This document shows positions 36,917 through 45,604 of a stretch of DNA of 64,000 bases, one piece after another. The notes below the pieces were generated by a model. That model saw only the letters and a program-made list of their open reading frames with translations, had not been told where the DNA came from and made no database searches. Numbering within the stretch: position 1 is the first letter of the stretch; each line of letters starts with the position of its first letter. Origin of the DNA: a virus; the IMG/VR virus record IMGVR_UViG_3300029267_002377, positions 44,854-108,853 of that record. One strand, 5' to 3'. A program made the position numbers and the translations under genes.

Positions 36917-38404
36917 ATGATGGCCGAGTTTCTGAAAGTCAATGGCAAGAAGTACAGGTTTGACCGCCAGATTTTGACTAACATCAGCCTTGAGTACCTC
37001 AATGACGAAGCTTCCAAGTGGGGTCCGTGGGAGATGGTTCGTGAGTGCATGCAAAATATCATGGATGAGGCTGACTACCAAGCAGATCAAAATGGCGGCC
37101 ACCTCTCAGAGTACATGGAGATCTGGAAGGACTACAAAGTCAACGGCCAGCAGTATTGGAGAATCTGGGATGAAGGCCGAGGAGTTGACCTGGAGGACAT
37201 TTTATTCCTAGGGATCTCGGGTAAGCGGGGTACCCATTACCGTGGACAGAAGGGTGAGGGGCAATTGATGGCTTTTCTGGTGGCAGTTAGAGAGGGCATT
37301 GGGCTTTATATGACCTCTCGTGACTGGGCCATCGAGCCGGTCATTATCAAGGACAAATATGAGGTCCTGGCCTTAAACGTCTACAAGCACCGAAGTACGC
37401 ACCCCGGGACAAGGATTTTCATTGAGTGGAACACTGCTGCTGATGAATACCTCCAGTATGCCAAGGATTACTTCCCAGATTACAAAAAACTTCGGAAGCG
37501 AACAGCTCGGGTAACGAGTAGCGGTGGTCGAAAAACAAAAAAGACTCGAAGTCCCTCGACAAAGGCAATCTTTGAACCAAAGAGTTGGCAAGGCGCTCGG
37601 CTGTTCGTTAAGGGGATCTTTGTTAGGGAGATTGACGCTGTGTTCTCCTATAACCTTGATATTCCTCTCAACCGAGACCGAAATATTGTGGATGACAATG
37701 ATCTCATTCCCGAGATTACCAGAGAGTTGTCAGAGCTCAAGACCTTCAGCAAGATCCGGCAGATCATCAGGGAAGTAGTTATCCTCGATGACCGACGCAA
37801 ATTGGAAGGTCGAGTTCAGCGCCTTGATCCAGAAGACCCAAAGCGGTGGGTCTCAGCCCTAAGAAAGGAGACAGGAGGGTCTCGAAAGACAGTTCTGTGG
37901 TCAAATGATATTGTAGCCGCAGAGGCGAGAAGGAGAGGATACACTGTAGTTCGAGTAGATAACCCAGTATACCAACGAGTTTTTGTAGACGGGAATATTA
38001 GGTATGACGAAGACGTTGCTGATATTCCAGATCCTTATAGGGAACGCAAGACACTCGACACAAAAGCCAATAGGAGAAAAAGGTTTCTGGAAAAAGTCCG
38101 AGATCACATGGGTTGGCCGATTTTCGTTAAAGTGTTTGTCCCTAAAGGTTCACATGCCGAAACCCGCAATGGGTTCTATGAAGATCAAACTTGCTGGTTG
38201 AGGCATGACCATTTGAGAGATTCAGACCTACTAGCAGTTTTGAGAACATTTGTCCATGAGTATGGGCATCAAGAATCGAGTGCACAGGATTGTACGAGGG
38301 CGTTTGAGAATTGGGCTTTCCAGTTGTGCGCAGAGCTGATGGTTGCAGACAATGGAAAAATTGCCAAGGAATACAACAAAGTCCTCAGGAAGGAAGCGCA
38401 GTGA
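36917..38404 (+). CDS. GHKL (Hsp90/MORC-like) ATPase with C-terminal HExxH motif
   Basis: RECMQNIMD, DEGRG, GISGK, GQKGEG, GTRI; HEYGH. Confidence 0.75.
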   Translation: MMAEFLKVNGKKYRFDRQILTNISLEYLNDEASKWGPWEMVRECMQNIMDEADYQADQNGGHLSEYMEIWKDYKVNGQQYWRIWDEGRGVDLEDILFLGISGKRGTHYRGQKGEGQLMAFLVAVREGIGLYMTSRDWAIEPVIIKDKYEVLALNVYKHRSTHPGTRIFIEWNTAADEYLQYAKDYFPDYKKLRKRTARVTSSGGRKTKKTRSPSTKAIFEPKSWQGARLFVKGIFVREIDAVFSYNLDIPLNRDRNIVDDNDLIPEITRELSELKTFSKIRQIIREVVILDDRRKLEGRVQRLDPEDPKRWVSALRKETGGSRKTVLWSNDIVAAEARRRGYTVVRVDNPVYQRVFVDGNIRYDEDVADIPDPYRERKTLDTKANRRKRFLEKVRDHMGWPIFVKVFVPKGSHAETRNGFYEDQTCWLRHDHLRDSDLLAVLRTFVHEYGHQESSAQDCTRAFENWAFQLCAELMVADNGKIAKEYNKVLRKEAQ

Positions 38405-38425
38405 AAGCAGACAAAGTTTCTGCTC

Positions 38426-38638
38426 GGCCGCTTTTTGGTGCACCCAACACCCGGAACCTGGGAGCCAAAATAATAAGGCTGGTGAATTGGCATTCGCCTT
38501 CTGTTGGGTGTAGCAAAGAGCGGCCAAACAATCAGACTTTCCCAAGCCGTGACGAGCACACGTCGGCGGGGGAGGGAGAGTCGGCAGTGGCTGTGAGGCT
38601 ACACTGTAGAATTCCTATAAAGTGAGTTGTTTGGCCGC
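38426..38638 (+). promoter_or_regulatory. intergenic RNA element with mutually exclusive helices
   Basis: 38426-38449 pairs with 38502-38525; 38520-38531 pairs perfectly with 38627-38638. Confidence 0.5.
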
Positions 38639-38661
38639 CGGAATAATAAAAGGAGGGTAAA

Positions 38662-38931
38662 ATGTATAACGCACCAGGTTATGGAGATCCTTGCATACTC
38701 GGAGTTACCCAAGCAGTTCGAGACGCAGCTAATGCAGCAGAGGATGGAGTATTCACCTCGCAAGATGTTCACTCTCTGCTGGTTGAGCGGCGTGCGTATG
38801 ATCCTGACGACTGGTGGGAGAGCTACATAGCTCCTAAACGAGTTCACGTGGAAATGACTCGTGCTTGCGACAGGGGACAGATAGAGCGCATTGGTTGGGG
38901 GATCTACAAAAGAGTACCCAGTGATGTATAA
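38662..38931 (+). CDS. winged-helix-like hypothetical protein
   Basis: AAGGAGGG RBS; GQIERIGWGIYK wing pattern. Confidence 0.6.
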   Translation: MYNAPGYGDPCILGVTQAVRDAANAAEDGVFTSQDVHSLLVERRAYDPDDWWESYIAPKRVHVEMTRACDRGQIERIGWGIYKRVPSDV

Positions 38932-39277
38932 ATGTACCTACTGTTTTAAAGAGTGGCCAAAGAGTAAACTCAAACCAGACCCACTCCGACCCCAGACTTT
39001 GATCTGCCCCAAGTGTGAGTGGCCCTGTGCTCCTGAAGATTCTCGGATCTTTGTTCCCGAGGGTAAGAAAGTTGTGGTTCCTGAAGATGGGTTATCAATC
39101 TCCATAGAACCAAAAGTTGACTTGTCTGAGGGGATGAAGAAGGCACTGATTGCACTCAGTCAAGGAGAGAAGGCGCACGGGGCCAGCGTCAAGGCTTTGG
39201 AGCGCCGGGGGTTGGTTGCTGAGGGAGAGCTAACAGAAGAAGGTTTCAATCAACTGAAAGGAGAATTACAATGCTAA
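38924..39277 (+). CDS. zinc ribbon + wHTH-like protein
   Basis: CTYC..CPKC; ALERRGLV..LTEEG. Confidence 0.55.
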   Translation: MYKCTYCFKEWPKSKLKPDPLRPQTLICPKCEWPCAPEDSRIFVPEGKKVVVPEDGLSISIEPKVDLSEGMKKALIALSQGEKAHGASVKALERRGLVAEGELTEEGFNQLKGELQC

Positions 39278-39519
39278 TTTATCTTTATGTGTACGAGCTG
39301 GGTGGATTGATTGCAGAAGTTCATAGAAGTAGGGCAGGTGCTGGATTCCGCAGGTATATGCAGGTTACTCCTTCTTCTTGGAGGCGGATTATGTATCTCG
39401 TTGATAAGTACAAGAGCCATATGGATCCTTACTGTATAAGATTGTCAAATGAAGTCAAAAGTCCAGACAAGCCCTGGTGTGTATTCATCAGTATAGAGGA
39501 GGATGAAAATGAAAGGTAG
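39271..39519 (+). CDS. hypothetical early protein
   Basis: AAGGAG RBS, coupled. Confidence 0.55.
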   Translation: MLIYLYVYELGGLIAEVHRSRAGAGFRRYMQVTPSSWRRIMYLVDKYKSHMDPYCIRLSNEVKSPDKPWCVFISIEEDENER

Positions 39520-39772
39520 GTTATCGTACGAGAAATGGGCTGTTTTCAACACCGGCGGGGATTTCTACCTAGCTGAACGCAAGACAAAAGATGGTTGGGA
39601 GCGAAAAGAAATTAAAGCTCATTGTCTGGCTTGTGCCAAAGCGGAAATTCTCGCTCAGTACGGAGGTGAGGTAGATCTTCGTGGTTGGCATCTTAGTGGT
39701 ATTTGTGGATCGTTTCTCAAGTCCATGGCTATAGCAGTTAAACAGGAGGAGGAAGATGCTGAGGACAACTAA
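39503..39772 (+). CDS. hypothetical early protein
   Basis: GAGGAGG RBS. Confidence 0.55.
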   Translation: MKMKGRLSYEKWAVFNTGGDFYLAERKTKDGWERKEIKAHCLACAKAEILAQYGGEVDLRGWHLSGICGSFLKSMAIAVKQEEEDAEDN

Positions 39773-40025
39773 TGGCAAGCAAGAATCTTTGTGGACAAGA
39801 GACAGGTGGACGGGGGATATGATCTGTGCTGTCTGCGGGGGAAAGTGGACTGGTAAGAAAGTTTGTTGCCCCGTCGCCCCACACTTGTCGTTTGACGAGT
39901 TCGTGGAGCAGTACTGGGGTAAGGAAGATGTTCCCGTAGCAATCGCCAAGGAGTTCTATGATGACTACCTACATAGTGATTGCAAAGATTTGAAAGACTA
40001 CATTGAGGACACGAGAGGAGATTAA
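39756..40025 (+). CDS. hypothetical early protein
   Basis: GGAGGAGG RBS; CAVC..CC. Confidence 0.55.
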   Translation: MLRTTNGKQESLWTRDRWTGDMICAVCGGKWTGKKVCCPVAPHLSFDEFVEQYWGKEDVPVAIAKEFYDDYLHSDCKDLKDYIEDTRGD

Positions 40026-40026
40026 G

Positions 40027-40197
40027 ATGGAGATCAAACTGAGAAACTGGAAAATCACGTCATACCATGGTAACCATCGGCTTTACCGCAATGGGTGGAT
40101 GATTGCCTGCAAGCAGCCTGGCCAAAGGTTGTGGGCAGATAAGATTCATCGGTATCGTTGGGGTCGGTTATCATTCTTGATCGAGAGAGGGGGCTAA
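40027..40197 (+). CDS. hypothetical early protein
   Basis: GAGGAG RBS. Confidence 0.5.
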   Translation: MEIKLRNWKITSYHGNHRLYRNGWMIACKQPGQRLWADKIHRYRWGRLSFLIERGG

Positions 40198-40199
40198 AA

Positions 40200-40370
40200 A
40201 TGTCGAACTGCCGAGAATGTGGGAATCCAGATGGTCGCTGGCGGCCGGATGTTGGGAAGTACTTGTGCAACGAATGTTACGCTAAGTGGTTAGCCAAGAC
40301 CAGGCCTTCTGGTACCTACCCAGTTCCAGACATCGTGCGAAGAGGATATTTTGTAGACAATACCAGTTAG
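40200..40370 (+). CDS. small zinc-finger protein
   Basis: CREC..CNEC. Confidence 0.55.
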   Translation: MSNCRECGNPDGRWRPDVGKYLCNECYAKWLAKTRPSGTYPVPDIVRRGYFVDNTS

Positions 40371-40379
40371 TTGTTGGTA

Positions 40380-40716
40380 CCGACGCCTGAGCGGTTCTCA
40401 GGCTCTCAAGAAGGGAGAGGGAAAAAATGTTTATGAGTCCAATGGGATTAGAACAGATTCAATTGAAATTGGAGAAAGGGTCTGATAAAGGTCCTGACCG
40501 GGATGTGTCTATCGGGGGTGTAGCCGGCTTGTTAGTGCATGGCACTGGCAGCCGCTACTGGGCGATTCGCCAATTCACCAACGTTCTGCCGATTGAGGTG
40601 AATTGTCATCAGAGAGGGGAAATGTTGGATATTGTATATTTTTTCCCCGGTATTTCTCTGGTCAACTTTCCGCCCCAATAGAATGGTTGCCCGACGCCTG
40701 AGCGGATCTCAGGCTC
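40380..40716 (+). repeat. 26-bp hairpin direct repeat (40380-40405, 40691-40716) flanking one gene
   Basis: CCGACGCCTGAGCGG(T/A)TCTCAGGCTC. Confidence 0.8.
40427..40681 (+). CDS. hypothetical protein
   Basis: GGGAGAGG RBS. Confidence 0.55.
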   Translation: MFMSPMGLEQIQLKLEKGSDKGPDRDVSIGGVAGLLVHGTGSRYWAIRQFTNVLPIEVNCHQRGEMLDIVYFFPGISLVNFPPQ

Positions 40717-40740
40717 ACCACTGGGCGATCCCCTGCACCA

Positions 40741-40956
40741 GTGGACTCTGAAAGGATAATAAAAATGGCACAGCAATGTATGGGAACGACAGAAGAAGTG
40801 GACAGGAATACTCTCGATATGACGGCTACACGGCGAGACGGGCATCGTTTCTTGAGAAGCTTGACTTATGATGACGGTTCCTACGAAGCGCGATGCCTAA
40901 AATGCGGGCTTTTTGCTCGCATCAAGGATGCCAAGATCCTTGAATCTTGGCAGTAA
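40741..40956 (+). CDS. hypothetical protein (start probably MAQQ)
   Basis: Last ORF before the terminator; GH..CLKC. Confidence 0.5.
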   Translation: MDSERIIKMAQQCMGTTEEVDRNTLDMTATRRDGHRFLRSLTYDDGSYEARCLKCGLFARIKDAKILESWQ

Positions 40957-40994
40957 CCCCACCGGCAGCACGACGGGGCGACAAGGCGCACAAC

Positions 40995-41028
40995 AGCCCC
41001 GACCAGCAATGGTCGGGGCTCTTATTTT
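40995..41028 (+). terminator. rho-independent terminator of the rightward early operon
   Basis: AGCCCCGACCA-GCAA-TGGTCGGGGCT-CTTATTTT. Confidence 0.85.
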
Positions 41029-41054
41029 GATTATCTCCCTATCTGTGATATAAT
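41027..41054 (+). promoter_or_regulatory. extended -10 promoter
   Basis: TTGATT-16-TATAAT; TGTGATATAATT identical to 8048-8059. Confidence 0.65.
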
Positions 41055-41062
41055 TGAGTGTG

Positions 41063-41130
41063 AGGGATGGGATTTGAGACAACCCTCCTTTCAGCTCCAC
41101 TTCATTTTCAGTCTCAATCCCATCCCTTTT
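41063..41130 (+). ncRNA. hairpin RNA exposing an anti-Shine-Dalgarno loop
   Basis: 17-bp stem with one bulge, 30-nt pyrimidine-rich loop containing CCCTCCTTT, T-run. Confidence 0.5.
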
Positions 41131-41143
41131 AAGGAGATTTTCA

Positions 41144-41365
41144 TTGGTTTACCAATACCGTTGCCAAGAGCATGGTCTATTCGATAGTTATGAGGAGTTG
41201 TTTAACCCCTCTCCAACTGCTCCCTGTCCCAAGTGTCACCGGCTTTGTCCTAAAATTATTTCTACTCCTATCATTCGCTTTGTTGGGGCAGGGTGGACTG
41301 TCAAAGACAAATCCCATGAGTTTGAGCAGCGGTTCCCTGACTTGGCTAGGATGGCGGGAGACTAG
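41144..41365 (+). CDS. FmdB-family zinc ribbon protein
   Basis: YQYRC..CPKC..IRFVGAGW. Confidence 0.8.
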   Translation: MVYQYRCQEHGLFDSYEELFNPSPTAPCPKCHRLCPKIISTPIIRFVGAGWTVKDKSHEFEQRFPDLARMAGD

Positions 41366-41366
41366 G

Positions 41367-41606
41367 TTGACAGAATTAAGTCCGTTGACTGCACTGTTTG
41401 TTTATCAATCGGGCGCTGTTGTTATCAGTGTAGTCTACGCATATATCTTCTATAAAGTGGTTGTTATTATTATAGAGCGGTTCGCCCCGCTGTTGGAGCG
41501 GTATCTGGATCAGATGGCCGGTATCTCCCAAACTCAGGGGGAAATTCTAGAAGTTTTGCGAAGGCTTAATGGTAAGGCAGTAAAAAAGAAAGATGAGGAA
41601 AATTGA
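41367..41606 (+). CDS. single-TM protein with coiled coil (holin-like)
   Basis: Hydrophobic helix followed by a charged tail. Confidence 0.45.
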   Translation: MTELSPLTALFVYQSGAVVISVVYAYIFYKVVVIIIERFAPLLERYLDQMAGISQTQGEILEVLRRLNGKAVKKKDEEN

Positions 41607-41823
41607 CATCGCATACCTTTGGGGGAGCGGGAGGCAGGAGTACGGCCCCGTCACATACACGCTTTACATTTTCAATCCTTGGGCGGATGTCTGGGATGTA
41701 GATGCTGAGCAGATGCTCGGGTTGACAAAGAAACGGAAAGGCTGAGGGGATAATTCGGACCGAGTTCGGCTCTACGGGACACAAGAAGAAGTTGAATCTG
41801 GTGAGGTAGAATGGCAAAACTAG
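41593..41823 (+). CDS. 76-aa protein with in-frame UGA (candidate selenoprotein); resembles the TerL C-terminal extension
   Basis: MRKIDIAYLWG..YGPVTYTLY..KKRKG-UGA-GDNSDRVRLYG..WQN*; read-through form overlaps the next start codon. Confidence 0.5.
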
Positions 41824-42146
41824 CAATCACAACTAATCGAATCAAGATATGGGGGCACGGAAATATCACAACTGGAGATCCGGAGCCTATTGATCCCAAT
41901 GGCCCACAAGTAAACGGAGTGCCTACTGGGTATCCAACAAAGAGAGTGGTCCTTAAGGCGTGGACACAGAATACTGCTGGTCAATGGATCGCCGTTTGGG
42001 ACCAGAGTCGGCAATCATATTATCCTCTTGGTCCTGGAGATGAGCTGGATTGCCTTGTAAATAATACAAATCTTTTTCGTGTGAATGCTTCAGCAGGAAA
42101 CCAAGGTCTAAGTGTGTACATGGAGTTGCAAACAGGCGAGACCTAG
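41811..42146 (+). CDS. beta-rich protein, possibly a virion/decoration protein
   Basis: VVLKA..N..YPLGPGD pattern. Confidence 0.5.
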   Translation: MAKLAITTNRIKIWGHGNITTGDPEPIDPNGPQVNGVPTGYPTKRVVLKAWTQNTAGQWIAVWDQSRQSYYPLGPGDELDCLVNNTNLFRVNASAGNQGLSVYMELQTGET

Positions 42147-42168
42147 TTCTGAGGGAAGGAGAGGGGCT

Positions 42169-43248
42169 GTGATCTCCGTCGTAGTTCCAACCTACAATAG
42201 AAAAGAAAACCTAGAACTTTGCCTCGCAGCGCTGGGGATGCAAGAGTACCGAGAGTTTGAGATTATCGTTGTAGACGACGGCTCAACTGACGGCACTTTC
42301 GAGTGGTTGCGAGGTAAAACTGATGAAAATGGAATTCCTCTTAAGTACCTGAGTGCGGGGCCCCATCAAGGCTTCCGCGCACCCCGGGCGCGCAACTTCG
42401 GTGTAGCGAACTCCAACCCCGATTATTCTCTCGCCTTATTCATTGACTCAGACAACCTAATGCCATCTCATATCCTCGGCACGTACGCTGACCTTCACAC
42501 GCAGCATCCTGACTGTATTATCGTCGGGTTGTACCATTTCCTCCTGAGAATGGAGTATGGGATTGAAAACCTTAAGAATGACAAAGACTTCTGGTTCCGC
42601 TTGGAGTCAATGAACTACCCCAAACTCCCCATGCCTCCTGACGCCTCGTTGAAAGGCAGAAAAGATCCTCGGTACAATGATTTTCCGGATGAGGTAGAAC
42701 CTGAGCTCTGGCCCGCTACTCCTGTTGGGCTAGCTGCTGCGATGGGTTGTTTTTCGGGTAACATTGCTTATCCTAAAAATATTTTTTGGGATTGTGGGGG
42801 ATTTTGGGAGGAGTTAATTGGGCATGGCGGGGAGGACTGTGACCTAGCAATGACTGCGGTTGAGAAGCGCCACAAGTTTCTCCGAGTCAAAAAACTAATT
42901 GGGTACCATATGTGGCACGCTCGTTATGCTCCGGAACAACAGATGCGGGAAGAACTAAACTGTAATATTGGCAAGATTGACCAAAAACATAAGATCGGAA
43001 AATACGCTGAATACGCCGAACATGCAGCCATAGATTGTGCTGATTGGACAGATCCTAGACACTACCACAAAGAACGTGGATCGCGCCTTGTGAGTGATGA
43101 GTCGAATACATATTGGGTAGTGATAGGAAAACACAGGCTAGGATTATCAAACCCAGCAGCCTTAGCACGGGTTGGGTTTGATTGGGGAGACGCAGATCCT
43201 ATCACGAAAGAGGCTCTTGCAGAATTCAAGGTGGAGGGTGTTTTGTGA
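42169..43248 (+). CDS. glycosyltransferase family 2
   Basis: ISVVVPTYNR, VVDDGSTD, ARNFG, FIDSD, GGEDCD. Confidence 0.92.
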   Translation: MISVVVPTYNRKENLELCLAALGMQEYREFEIIVVDDGSTDGTFEWLRGKTDENGIPLKYLSAGPHQGFRAPRARNFGVANSNPDYSLALFIDSDNLMPSHILGTYADLHTQHPDCIIVGLYHFLLRMEYGIENLKNDKDFWFRLESMNYPKLPMPPDASLKGRKDPRYNDFPDEVEPELWPATPVGLAAAMGCFSGNIAYPKNIFWDCGGFWEELIGHGGEDCDLAMTAVEKRHKFLRVKKLIGYHMWHARYAPEQQMREELNCNIGKIDQKHKIGKYAEYAEHAAIDCADWTDPRHYHKERGSRLVSDESNTYWVVIGKHRLGLSNPAALARVGFDWGDADPITKEALAEFKVEGVL

Positions 43249-43775
43249 GGGGTCTAATTGAGGCGATTTGGCCAGATAACATTGAAAGCATTATAGACCT
43301 CGGTTGTGGAGACTTATGGCACACCGCAGGGCTTCCCGGGGTAGTTAAGCATATTGGAGTTGATTTGTGGAAAGAACAGTTAAGGTTAGCTTGGGAAAGG
43401 CGGCCTGTTACGGGCTGGATTCCTGTCTGCAAAGATGCCTTAGAATTTTTAAAAATTTCTCCAGACAACTCAGTAGACGCTGTTCTTGCAGTTGACATTA
43501 TTGAGCACCTTGAGCAAGAAAGAGGACTAAAAATTCTTGACGATGCAGAAAGAGTTGCCAAGAAACTTGTGATTTGCTGGGCGCCGTTAGGGATGTTGGA
43601 AAGAGGACCAACCAACCCAGACGGAACTCCTAATCCTTACCAGGTTCACAAGTGGGGACCACAACCAGAGGATTTTCAATCCCGAGGTTGGCATGTAGAC
43701 CTTTACCCAGAGCAGCACCAAGATGGGGGAGCTATTTTCTCCTATAAGTTCTTGGGCAAGAGAAAATATGAATAA
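43245..43775 (+). CDS. class I SAM-dependent methyltransferase
   Basis: IIDLGCG, VDIIEHL. Confidence 0.85.
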   Translation: MRGLIEAIWPDNIESIIDLGCGDLWHTAGLPGVVKHIGVDLWKEQLRLAWERRPVTGWIPVCKDALEFLKISPDNSVDAVLAVDIIEHLEQERGLKILDDAERVAKKLVICWAPLGMLERGPTNPDGTPNPYQVHKWGPQPEDFQSRGWHVDLYPEQHQDGGAIFSYKFLGKRKYE

Positions 43776-44085
43776 CAAAATTCCTATATGCTGCCATCCT
43801 GAGTTGATACCTACTCAGTGGAACCAACCCAAACCAGAGCCATGTGAGATGATAACGTGCGAGTGCGGGCAAAATGCTTACTGTCCAGTTTGTGGTTGTG
43901 GTTGGGGATCTGTGCCGTGTGGGTGTGATAGGGAGGAGGATGAGATGTTAACCTCATCCAGAATCCTCCCAAAGTTGGTGGAAGAAGCTGTTAGTACTCC
44001 TTATGATGAGAAGTCTTGGGATGAGGTACTAGACAACATATTTGAGGAGTATTCTGATGCTTGGGAGCAGTTGGCAGAGTTATGA
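43768..44085 (+). CDS. Cys-rich hypothetical protein
   Basis: CECG..CPVCGCG; acidic tail. Confidence 0.5.
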   Translation: MNNKIPICCHPELIPTQWNQPKPEPCEMITCECGQNAYCPVCGCGWGSVPCGCDREEDEMLTSSRILPKLVEEAVSTPYDEKSWDEVLDNIFEEYSDAWEQLAEL

Positions 44086-45593
44086 ACAAATTCGGGTTCT
44101 TCATACAAACTCCTGGAGCGGGATTAGATTTAATCGAGCGGTACAAACCTAAGGCAGTCCTCCTAATGGACGCCGAGAGCCAACATATCGCTCAGGTTAG
44201 AGAAGCTTCTCCAGATACGACTGTCCTTTATTGGATGCACGAGGGAGACAGAGACTGGAGGACAACAGATCCTGAGTGGTGGGCGGGACAGATTTGGAAT
44301 AAAGTCTCAGAGAATCCCCCAGATATAACAACTTACTGGAACGAGCCACTTTGGCAAGGAGATTATCAATCTTTCCCTGAGTTTGACGCTCGTCAGGCTG
44401 AGTTTATCCGGGTGATGCGGTCTCATGGAGTCAAAGTAGGGGCATTTCGGTTTGCTGAAGGGAATTTCACTCAAGATGGGCCACGACTTGACGAATACTT
44501 TCCCGAAAGCGTAGAGGAACTAGATTGTATTTTCATTAATGAGTATTGGTTCCCACACTACTGGTCAGATGGAATGCAAGGTTGGCACTGCGCCCGATGG
44601 CCCTACTGGTTGCAGTGGCTAGAAGAAGCTGGGAAACCTAATGTAGATGTTTATGTCACTGAGTGTGGAATCACGAGTGCTATAAATGGAGCTGGCCCTG
44701 ATGAGGGTTGGATGGGTCAAACAGCAAAAGACTATGGAGTGACAGATGAGACATACCTGCAAGGATTGAGGGAGTATCACGAACTTTGTTGTCAAGATTC
44801 ACGGGTCATGGCGGTTCTCCCCTTCATCTGGTATCCCTGGCCGGGCCAGTGGGGGACGTTTAGACATGATAACCGGCCAGAAATATACGGCCCAATAATG
44901 GAGATGGATGCTCCTGGGCCACCCAATGGAGGCGATATGTTAACAGTTTACGACTTAGATGGAAACGCTCTTACTGGAGCAGCAGCTGCGGAGGAGATGG
45001 CTAAGTACGGGGTAGCGATTTCTCCTCCCTCTGGGTTGCAAGATGGTGACCACTATTATCAAATTACTACGTTGTGGGTTAAAACTGGGCATGCTAGTTT
45101 TGTCTCAACGGTAAAAGACATCAGCGGTAACCCTGTCGTCAATCCTCAAGAGACGCTAGATTTAACAAAATCTCACCGAGCTTTCTGGTGGACAGATGCA
45201 CCTGAGTTGGATCCTCAGTATACAACAGACAGAGAAGATCGAGCAGATGTGGGTGGGTTGGATCAGAACGGTGCAGGTGGGAGTGGTATGGGGACAGGGG
45301 CCTACACCGACTATTATCAAGATCCTTGGACGGGCCCTCATCGGGCGTGGATTCGGGATCCCAACCTCCCATCAGATGAGCTTGTGGGCATTCGTATGAT
45401 TGGAATGACGAACCATGACCATGTGGATGCGTTGTGGGAAGAGAAGATCTACCAAGGCGGGGAACCCCCAGTACCCCCAACCCCAGGAACGATTGGTCAG
45501 ATTATCGCCAATATGCGACTGGAACTGACTCAGATCGAAACGATTCTATCCGAGTACGATGAGCTAGCGGAACAACTTGCAGACATGATATAG
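44082..45593 (+). CDS. TIM-barrel glycoside hydrolase-like protein (candidate endolysin)
   Basis: Clan GH-A-like WNEP and VTECG; C-terminal accessory domain; followed by a 2-TM gene. Confidence 0.6.
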   Translation: MNKFGFFIQTPGAGLDLIERYKPKAVLLMDAESQHIAQVREASPDTTVLYWMHEGDRDWRTTDPEWWAGQIWNKVSENPPDITTYWNEPLWQGDYQSFPEFDARQAEFIRVMRSHGVKVGAFRFAEGNFTQDGPRLDEYFPESVEELDCIFINEYWFPHYWSDGMQGWHCARWPYWLQWLEEAGKPNVDVYVTECGITSAINGAGPDEGWMGQTAKDYGVTDETYLQGLREYHELCCQDSRVMAVLPFIWYPWPGQWGTFRHDNRPEIYGPIMEMDAPGPPNGGDMLTVYDLDGNALTGAAAAEEMAKYGVAISPPSGLQDGDHYYQITTLWVKTGHASFVSTVKDISGNPVVNPQETLDLTKSHRAFWWTDAPELDPQYTTDREDRADVGGLDQNGAGGSGMGTGAYTDYYQDPWTGPHRAWIRDPNLPSDELVGIRMIGMTNHDHVDALWEEKIYQGGEPPVPPTPGTIGQIIANMRLELTQIETILSEYDELAEQLADMI

Positions 45594-45604
45594 AGGAGGA
45601 AAAC

